Assembly: GCA_037443565.1 (NCBI GenBank)
Contig: JBBIOB010000001.1
Location: 97,774-161,773 of the forward strand
Length of the DNA: 64,000 nucleotides
From: Armatimonadota bacterium
GTDB taxonomy: Bacteria > Sysuimicrobiota > Sysuimicrobiia > Sysuimicrobiales > Humicultoraceae
Reading direction: 5' to 3'
Shown: piece by piece, positions 27,889 through 34,657 of the stretch
How positions within the stretch are numbered: position 1 is the first letter of the stretch
Layout: the number at the start of each line of letters is the position of its first letter
The notes under the pieces: generated by a model
Seen by the model: only the letters and a program-made list of their open reading frames with translations
What the model was told of the DNA's origin: nothing
Databases searched by the model: none
Program-made: the position numbers and the translations under genes

Positions 27889-29444
27889 GACACCATTTCC
27901 AACCTCACCAGTCGCATGCCTCCTCCTTGGAAGTGGGTGACCCAGGAGCAGGTGTTCCGGCTCTCTTCGGGGACCGGAGGGATCAAGACCTCTTCCAGGT
28001 CGGCCAGCCGGCCGGCCTTCCTGGACAGACGGTAGATCCCGTTGTGGATGCACTCCCGATCGCCGAACTCGCAGATGCCGTCGTGCGTGCCGCCGCACGG
28101 TCCGTTCGCCAGTCCCTTCGGACAGGTCTCCGGGCAGACGTACGCGGTGGCCGGGAGCCGGCAGGAGCCGCACCCCCGGCAGCCGACCAGCGGGCGTTTG
28201 ATCGCCAGCTCAAGCATGAGCAGGAACCCGTCCGACCCGAACCGGGCGCCGAGCCCCCGGACCAAAGGCCCCACCACGCGCGCGCCCGGTGAGCCGTCGT
28301 GGAAGGCGAGACGGTCGACCAGGTCCAGCGCGCGGAACCGCAGCGACTCGCCGAGTCTTGGGCCGATATTGCCGTCGAGCGTGCCCGCATCCAGGTACAG
28401 ACCGTGCTCGGGCGCGACCTGCGCCTGCCGGTCATCGGCGAATGTCAGCGCCCGCCGCCAGGCCCTCTGCCAGTCCTCGAGGGTCGGGCATTCCGTCGCG
28501 ACGCCGTCGACCGTGTCGAGCAGCCGGGCGACCTTCGAATAGGTGTGAAGGCCGCTGATCTGCGCCCCGGCATAGCCCATCAGACGCGCGCCCACCACCT
28601 GCAGCGCCAGACGTCGGTACGCCGCATCCCGGCCACTGTCGGGCGCGCGCGACTCTTCCTCGAGCTTCTCGGCCAGGTCATTGGTGATCGTCACGCCGGG
28701 CAGGCCCACCTGACGGATGCGACGGCACCGGCCGGGCGTGAGGAAGAGCAATCCCGCCAGTAGCGGGGCGGGATATCCCCGGCCGGCGAGGACCCGGCGC
28801 GCCTCCTCAAGCTTGCACATGTCCCAGCCGATCTGCGTGACCAGGAAGTCGGCGCCCGCCCGCAGCTTCTTGCCTGCCTTGAGGTACTGATTCAGCAGGT
28901 CTTCTTCACGGTACTTGAATGGACAGACCGCCGCGGCCAGAAGACAGGCGCCGGAGTGCTGTCGGGCGGCCCGAAGGGCGTGCACCGAGTCCAGATACCG
29001 CACCGGCCGGTCGGCGGGCGGCGCCTTCAGGCCGTCTCCGGTGACGAGCAGGAACGTGTCGAGCCCCAGCGCTCCGGCCCGCCGCAGGTGCTCCTCCAGG
29101 TTGTGCAGGCTGCGATCCTTGCCGGCCAGGTGGACGATCGGCATCGCACCGGAGACCTCCAGGACCCTGTGGCCGATCGCGACCGGATCGTGGTCGTGGT
29201 CGGATCGGCTGCGGTCGGTCAGGGCGAGCGCGGCGATCCTGGGGTCACCTCGGATCGCCTTTGCCAGGGCAAGGATGGGCGCCACGGCGCCGTCGAAGGG
29301 CTCGCTCGCCACCGGCGACGCGTACTCGATCGTGATCGCGAACCGGCCGGCGGCCAGCGCCGCGCACAAGCGGTGGGTGCCCGCCTGCCGGAGCACGTCG
29401 CTCATCTGGGACGTAACGTACGGAGGGGGCGATACCCGGGGCAA
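27858..29444 (-). CDS. Methylenetetrahydrofolate reductase MetF domain fused to an MTHFR C-terminal (MetV-like, Cys-rich) domain
   Basis: 528 aa. N-terminal FAITIEYASP and the MTHFR barrel. C-terminal CRGCGSCRLPATAYVCPETCPKGLANGPCGG is the MetV-type zinc-ribbon domain. The start may be the internal Met at 29402. Confidence 0.7.
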   Translation of the reverse strand: MPRVSPPPYVTSQMSDVLRQAGTHRLCAALAAGRFAITIEYASPVASEPFDGAVAPILALAKAIRGDPRIAALALTDRSRSDHDHDPVAIGHRVLEVSGAMPIVHLAGKDRSLHNLEEHLRRAGALGLDTFLLVTGDGLKAPPADRPVRYLDSVHALRAARQHSGACLLAAAVCPFKYREEDLLNQYLKAGKKLRAGADFLVTQIGWDMCKLEEARRVLAGRGYPAPLLAGLLFLTPGRCRRIRQVGLPGVTITNDLAEKLEEESRAPDSGRDAAYRRLALQVVGARLMGYAGAQISGLHTYSKVARLLDTVDGVATECPTLEDWQRAWRRALTFADDRQAQVAPEHGLYLDAGTLDGNIGPRLGESLRFRALDLVDRLAFHDGSPGARVVGPLVRGLGARFGSDGFLLMLELAIKRPLVGCRGCGSCRLPATAYVCPETCPKGLANGPCGGTHDGICEFGDRECIHNGIYRLSRKAGRLADLEEVLIPPVPEESRNTCSWVTHFQGGGMRLVRLEMVSGRHPEDRPR

Positions 29445-29474
29445 TAGCCCGTCCTGGGGGGATCGCGGTCCGCG

Positions 29475-30725
29475 TTACTTCTGGAGGTACCGGACCGCCG
29501 CTTCTGTGCGCGTGTGGACCTGGAGCTTGTCGAAGATGCTCCGCAGATGGCCGTGAACCGTCCAGGCACTGATCCCGAGCCGCTGGGCGATCTCCTTGTC
29601 CACATATCCCTTGCTCAGGGCCTCGAGAATCTCTTGCTCGCGGGGCGTCAGTTGGGCCATGGTGCGAGTCTCGTCCCCGGCCGGCGCGTCGAAGAGGCTC
29701 TGGAAGTAACGACGGATGCGCTGGGAGACCTGCACCATCCGCATCGTCGGCGCCAAAGGAAGCCCCAGGGGTTCCAGCAGCAGCCCGGGCGGTCGTCGGC
29801 GGAGGATGTACCCGGCGCGCACGCCGCCGAAGGAGAGGAACAGGCGATCGCTGTCGCTGTACGTGCCGTAGGTGAACACGGGAAGGTCTGGATGCCGGGT
29901 GCGCAGTCCCTCGGCGCACGCGCTTGCGCCGATGCCTGGAAGGTCTCGGTTGAGCAGCACAAGCGCAGGTCTGACGTCCGAGGTGAGTCGAAGCGCCTCT
30001 TCAGCGGCGGCCAGGATCGCGACGGTCAATCCCGGAGGGTGGCGTTCGACGCACGAGGCCAGCGTGCGGCCCACACCCGGGTCAGCCTCCACGATCCAGA
30101 CCACGCCTTCACGTGTCGGCTCGGTGCGCCTGCTCAGGCCGTCCGGATTCCCTTCGGGAGTCGTGACGAGGGTTCCGTAGGTGCAGGCCAGGGGGTCCAT
30201 CGCCCAGAGGACGGCGACGGTGAGCTCCCGCGGAAACCGCTCCCTGGCCGCCGACCACCCGGCCGTCAGGATGGTGCGGTAGATCGTGGCCGCCCGCCGC
30301 GCCGCGTCTGTTCGCGTTGCGGTCCCCAAAGCGAAGTAGTGGCCTTCACCGTCATGCTCAATCCGCGCCGAAAACTCGCCTGGGTGCGCGGGCCTGAGGC
30401 CCTCGGTGTACCGGCGCACCAGGAGCCGGCGACTCCAGTACCTGGCCTGATCCCTCACGGCGGCAGGAGGCGCCGGCGCGATACGCGGCCGGGATTGCGC
30501 GATCGCGGCATCCCATCCCCGGGTGAGGATGGCGCGGAAGAGCGCACGTGCGCGCCTCGCCGCCTCGATGCGCGGCCCCGCGCCGAGCGAGACGGTATGC
30601 CGCCGTCCCTGATGCTGGATCTTGACCGACCAGCCCCGCACGCGGAGCAGTCGGCCGCCCCGGGTGTACGAGTTCCTGAACACCCGTCGGGTCCAGTAGC
30701 CGATGCTTGGACTCTGCTTGGACAT
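29475..30725 (-). CDS. LuxR-family transcription regulator: two tandem AP2-like DNA-binding domains, a degenerate receiver domain and a LuxR HTH
   Basis: C-terminal LTPREQEILEALSKGYVDKEIAQRLGISAWTVHGHLRSIFDKL is a LuxR HTH. The central REC-like fold has N at the phospho-acceptor position (LVLLNRDLPG). Two N-terminal repeats (YWTRR...FSVKIQHQGRRHTVSLGAG...AARRA...ILTRGW and YWSRR...FSARIEHDGEGHYFALGTA...AARRA...ILTAGW) resemble AP2/integrase-type domains. Confidence 0.65.
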   Translation of the reverse strand: MSKQSPSIGYWTRRVFRNSYTRGGRLLRVRGWSVKIQHQGRRHTVSLGAGPRIEAARRARALFRAILTRGWDAAIAQSRPRIAPAPPAAVRDQARYWSRRLLVRRYTEGLRPAHPGEFSARIEHDGEGHYFALGTATRTDAARRAATIYRTILTAGWSAARERFPRELTVAVLWAMDPLACTYGTLVTTPEGNPDGLSRRTEPTREGVVWIVEADPGVGRTLASCVERHPPGLTVAILAAAEEALRLTSDVRPALVLLNRDLPGIGASACAEGLRTRHPDLPVFTYGTYSDSDRLFLSFGGVRAGYILRRRPPGLLLEPLGLPLAPTMRMVQVSQRIRRYFQSLFDAPAGDETRTMAQLTPREQEILEALSKGYVDKEIAQRLGISAWTVHGHLRSIFDKLQVHTRTEAAVRYLQK

Positions 30726-30880
30726 GAACTGGCAGCATCGTACCACATCTCCGCGCCCATCTGCCCGGCCCGGGGACACCTGGCGGCGCCCCCGGTCCCT
30801 TGGACGGGCTATTGTTGCGGCGCGCGGCCTCCCTGTACAGTGGGGTGGGTCGAAGGAGTAGACGACGCAGAGGAGGATCC

Positions 30881-33328
30881 GTGAAGTCTGAGGCGCAGGC
30901 GGTCATCATCGGTGGCGGGGTCTATGGGTGCAGCATCGCGTATCACCTCACCCGGATGGGGTGGCGCGACGTCGTGCTGGTGGAGAAAGGTGGGCTGACG
31001 GGCGGCGCCACCTTTCACGCCGCCGGCCTGGTCGGGCAGCTCCGCGGCTCGGTGACGCTCACACGGATGATCATGTACAGCGTGGAGCTCTACCGCGCGC
31101 TGCTGGCGGAGACCGGCCACGATCCCGACTGGCGCGAGACCGGGAGCCTGCGGCTCGCGTCGACCCCTGAACGCATGATCGAGCTCAAGCGCCACGCGGC
31201 CACGGCCCGGACCTTCGGCCTGCCCATGGAGCTGCTGACGCCGAAGGAGGCGGTCGACCTCTTCCCGGTGATGAGCCCCGAGGGGCTGCTGGGCGCGGCA
31301 TATCTCCCCACGGACGGCAGCGTCGACCCCAATGGTCTGACCTTTGCCTTCGCCAGGGGTGCGAGGAACTACGGTGCGGAGATCTCCACCGAGACCGAGG
31401 TCACCGGGATCACCGTGCGGGACGGCCGGGTCCGGGGCGTCGTCACGAACCGCGGGACGATTCGGACCGACGTGGTGGTGAACTGCGCGGGAATCTGGGC
31501 GGCGACCATCGGAGCCATGGCGGGCGTCACGGTCCCGGTCGTCGGCATCGAGCACCAGTACCTCCTCACCGGCCCGGTCGAGGGGACGCACCGCCGCATG
31601 CCGGTGGTGCGCGATCCGGACCTGCTCATCTACTTCCGCGAAGAGGTCCGCGGGCTGTGCATCGGTGGCTACGAGGCCAACCCGATTCCCTTCGGGCTCG
31701 ATGGGATCCCTGACGACTTCCACCACCGTCTGCTCGCGCCCAACTGGGAGCAGTTCGAGCAGCTCGCGAAGAACGCCGCGATCCGCATTCCCGCCGTGGA
31801 GAAGGCCGGTGTGCACAAGCTTATCAACGGGCCCGACGGATTCACCCCTGACGGCGACCTGATCCTGGGCGAGGCCCCGGAGGTGCGAGGCTTCTTCGTG
31901 GCCGGAGGCTCTCCGGGCATCGCGTGCGGGGGCGGGGTCGGCAAGGTCATGGCCGAGTGGATCGTCGAGGGCGCGCCCGGTATGGACATGTGGCGCATGG
32001 ACGTCCGGCGCTTCCAGGCGCACTACGCGGACCGGCGCTACGCGGCCGCGCGGGCGCTGGAAACCTACGAGAAGAACTACCTCCTGCATCCGCCATATGA
32101 GGAGCGGGAGTCCGCGCGCGGGCTGCGCCTGAGCCCGCCGCATCCGCGCCTGCGGGCGCTTGGCGCAGCCTTCGGCGAGAAGGCGGGCTGGGAGCGGCCG
32201 AACTGGTTTGCCAGCAACGAACCGGCGCAGGCCGCGGGCACCCCCCACACTCCTGCGCCGGCAGACTGGGCGCCGGCCGGATGGGCACGGCTCAACTGGT
32301 CGCCGGCGATCGGTGTCGAGCACCGGGCGGTGCGGGAAGCGGCCGGCCTGTTCGACTTCACCTCGTTCAGCAAGTTCGAGATGGAGGGACCGGGTGCGCT
32401 CAAGACCCTGCAGTGGCTGACCGACAATCAGATGGACAAGCCGCCCGGCAGCGTGATCTACACTCAGATGCTCAATGCGCGCGGCGGGATCGAGTGCGAC
32501 CTGACCGTCACCCGCCTTTCGGCCGAGCGCTTCATGATCGTCACCGGGAGCGGTTTTGGGGTGCACGATCTCGACTGGATCCGGCGGCACCTGCCGGACG
32601 ACGGCTCGGCGGCGATCCGTGAGGTCACGGCGGAGCTGTCCTGCATCGGCGTGTGGGGGCCGAACGCGCGGGAGATTCTGCGGCGGGTATGCGACGACGA
32701 CGTTTCGAATGCGGCGTTTCCGTACATGACGTGCAGGGAGATTCAGATCGTCGGTGTGCCCGTGCGCGCTCAGCGCGTGACCTACGTGGGCGAGCTGGGC
32801 TGGGAGCTGTATGTGCCGATCGGAGATGGCCTGAAAGTCTGGGACGCGCTGTGGGAGGCGGGACGGCCGTTTGGGCTTCGGCCCATTGGCTATCGCGCCG
32901 TCGACTCGCTGCGGCTGGAGAAGGCATACCGCTACTGGAGCGTCGACATCACCCCCGAGTACACGCCCTATGACTCCGGCCAGGCGTTCTGCGTCAGGCT
33001 CGACAAGGGCGACTTCCAGGGCCGCGGGGCGCTGCTGCGGCAGAAGGCCGACGGGCTGACGCAGCGGCTCTGCTGCCTGGTGCTGGCCGACCCCCGAATC
33101 GTTGCGCTCGGGAACGAGCCGGTGTACGAGGCCGAGCGGGTGGTCAGCCGGGTGACGAGCGGTGGATACGGGTACACGGTCGGCGAGAGTATCGCCTACG
33201 CGTACCTACCGGTCGGCCTGTCGGCCGTCGGCACGGGGTTGGCTGTCAGCATCGACGGTGAACGTGTTCCGGCCACGGTGGCGCGCGAGCCGCGCTACGA
33301 TCCCGCGAACAGCCGGATCAAGGCCTGA
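30881..33328 (+). CDS. Dimethylglycine/sarcosine dehydrogenase family protein (FAD DAO domain plus GcvT-like folate-binding domain), paralog 1
   Basis: 815 aa from the GTG at 30881 (AGGAGG 4 nt upstream). GGGVYGCSIAYHL dinucleotide fold, FHAAGL (covalent-FAD His motif), C-terminal aminomethyltransferase fold. About 65% identity to paralog 2. Confidence 0.8.
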   Translation: MKSEAQAVIIGGGVYGCSIAYHLTRMGWRDVVLVEKGGLTGGATFHAAGLVGQLRGSVTLTRMIMYSVELYRALLAETGHDPDWRETGSLRLASTPERMIELKRHAATARTFGLPMELLTPKEAVDLFPVMSPEGLLGAAYLPTDGSVDPNGLTFAFARGARNYGAEISTETEVTGITVRDGRVRGVVTNRGTIRTDVVVNCAGIWAATIGAMAGVTVPVVGIEHQYLLTGPVEGTHRRMPVVRDPDLLIYFREEVRGLCIGGYEANPIPFGLDGIPDDFHHRLLAPNWEQFEQLAKNAAIRIPAVEKAGVHKLINGPDGFTPDGDLILGEAPEVRGFFVAGGSPGIACGGGVGKVMAEWIVEGAPGMDMWRMDVRRFQAHYADRRYAAARALETYEKNYLLHPPYEERESARGLRLSPPHPRLRALGAAFGEKAGWERPNWFASNEPAQAAGTPHTPAPADWAPAGWARLNWSPAIGVEHRAVREAAGLFDFTSFSKFEMEGPGALKTLQWLTDNQMDKPPGSVIYTQMLNARGGIECDLTVTRLSAERFMIVTGSGFGVHDLDWIRRHLPDDGSAAIREVTAELSCIGVWGPNAREILRRVCDDDVSNAAFPYMTCREIQIVGVPVRAQRVTYVGELGWELYVPIGDGLKVWDALWEAGRPFGLRPIGYRAVDSLRLEKAYRYWSVDITPEYTPYDSGQAFCVRLDKGDFQGRGALLRQKADGLTQRLCCLVLADPRIVALGNEPVYEAERVVSRVTSGGYGYTVGESIAYAYLPVGLSAVGTGLAVSIDGERVPATVAREPRYDPANSRIKA

Positions 33329-33334
33329 CGGTCC

Positions 33335-34657
33335 GTGCCGGCGCCCTCCGAGCCAACGCCCGCCGAACGCGCCCTGGTTGTCTTCCCGGCAGGCTCCCCG
33401 GGCGAGTACAACCTCCCACCCAACCTGGTGACCGTCCTGGTTCGTGGGGAAGGCGCGTCGGTGTGGGACGCGCAGGGGCGCCGGTTCACCGACTTCACCA
33501 TGGGCTGGGGCTCGGTGCTGCTCGGCCACGCGCATCCCGCGGTGGTTGGCGCGGTCCGCGATCGCGCCGGCGACGGATCCAACTTCGCCTATGTGAGCGA
33601 GCCAGCGCTCAAGCTCGCGGAGGAGCTGGTCCGGGCGGTGCCCTGCGCCGAGCGCGTCCGGTTCTGCGCGTCCGGAACCGAAGCGACCGCCTACGCCGTC
33701 CGGCTGGCGCGTGCCGCTACCGGGCGGCCGAAAGTGCTGAAGTTCGAGGGCGCCTACCACGGCGCGAACGAGGTCGGGACCGCCAGTCTGTTTCCGACCC
33801 GCATGCTGGAGTTTCCGCAGGCCGAGCCCACGTCGGCCGGCCTGCCCCCGGGGGCCGTCGCCAACATCCTGGTCGGGCCGTACAACGATCTCGAGACGAC
33901 CGCGCGCATCACTGCGGCGTACCGGCGTGAGCTGGCCGCGATCATCGTGGAACCGCTCCACCGATGCACGCCGCCGCGCTCCGGCTTCCTCCAGGGGTTG
34001 CGCGACCTGGCCACCGAGGCCGGCGCGCTATTGGTGTTCGACGAGGTGGTGACCGGGTTTCGCCTGGCTTACGGTGGCGCGCAGGAGTACTACGGCGTGC
34101 GCCCCGACCTCGCGGCGCTGGGAAAGGCGCTCGGCGGCGGATATCCGATCGGCGCGGTCGCCGGACGTGCGGACATCCTCGACCTGGTGCGCGAGGATCG
34201 GCTGGGTCGGGACGACTACGTGTGGTTCGCATCATCCCTGGGCGGGAATCCCATCTCCACCGCGGCCGGGCTGGCGACGCTGGCCGAGCTGCGGAAGCCC
34301 GGCACCTACGATCGCCTCTTCGCGCTGGGGACGGGGCTACGCGACGGGCTGCGGTCGGTGCTGGAGGATGAAGGGATAACGGCCCATGTGCAGGGCGACG
34401 GTCCGCTGGCCGCGGTAGTGTTCACCGATCAGGAGGTCACCGACTACCGCGCGGCCGCGCGCGCAGACCGGCGGCGCGGCCGCGCGTTCCTCCTGGGCCT
34501 CTTTCGCCGCGGGATCTTCCTGAATCCCATGTCCACCAAGCTCTACCTTTCGCTCGCCCACACCGAGGCCGACATCGCGCGGCTCCTGGAGGCCGCGCGC
34601 GCGACCTTACGGGAGGAGATCAAGATCGCATCGCCTGGAGGTCACGATGAAGTCTGA
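33335..34657 (+). CDS. Class III (PLP-dependent) aminotransferase, glutamate-1-semialdehyde aminomutase-like
   Basis: 440 aa starting at the GTG at 33335. AT-III fold (GWGSVLLGHAHP, ASGTEA, EVVTGFR, PLP-Lys region); sits between the two DMGDH paralogs. Confidence 0.75.
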   Translation: MPAPSEPTPAERALVVFPAGSPGEYNLPPNLVTVLVRGEGASVWDAQGRRFTDFTMGWGSVLLGHAHPAVVGAVRDRAGDGSNFAYVSEPALKLAEELVRAVPCAERVRFCASGTEATAYAVRLARAATGRPKVLKFEGAYHGANEVGTASLFPTRMLEFPQAEPTSAGLPPGAVANILVGPYNDLETTARITAAYRRELAAIIVEPLHRCTPPRSGFLQGLRDLATEAGALLVFDEVVTGFRLAYGGAQEYYGVRPDLAALGKALGGGYPIGAVAGRADILDLVREDRLGRDDYVWFASSLGGNPISTAAGLATLAELRKPGTYDRLFALGTGLRDGLRSVLEDEGITAHVQGDGPLAAVVFTDQEVTDYRAAARADRRRGRAFLLGLFRRGIFLNPMSTKLYLSLAHTEADIARLLEAARATLREEIKIASPGGHDEV

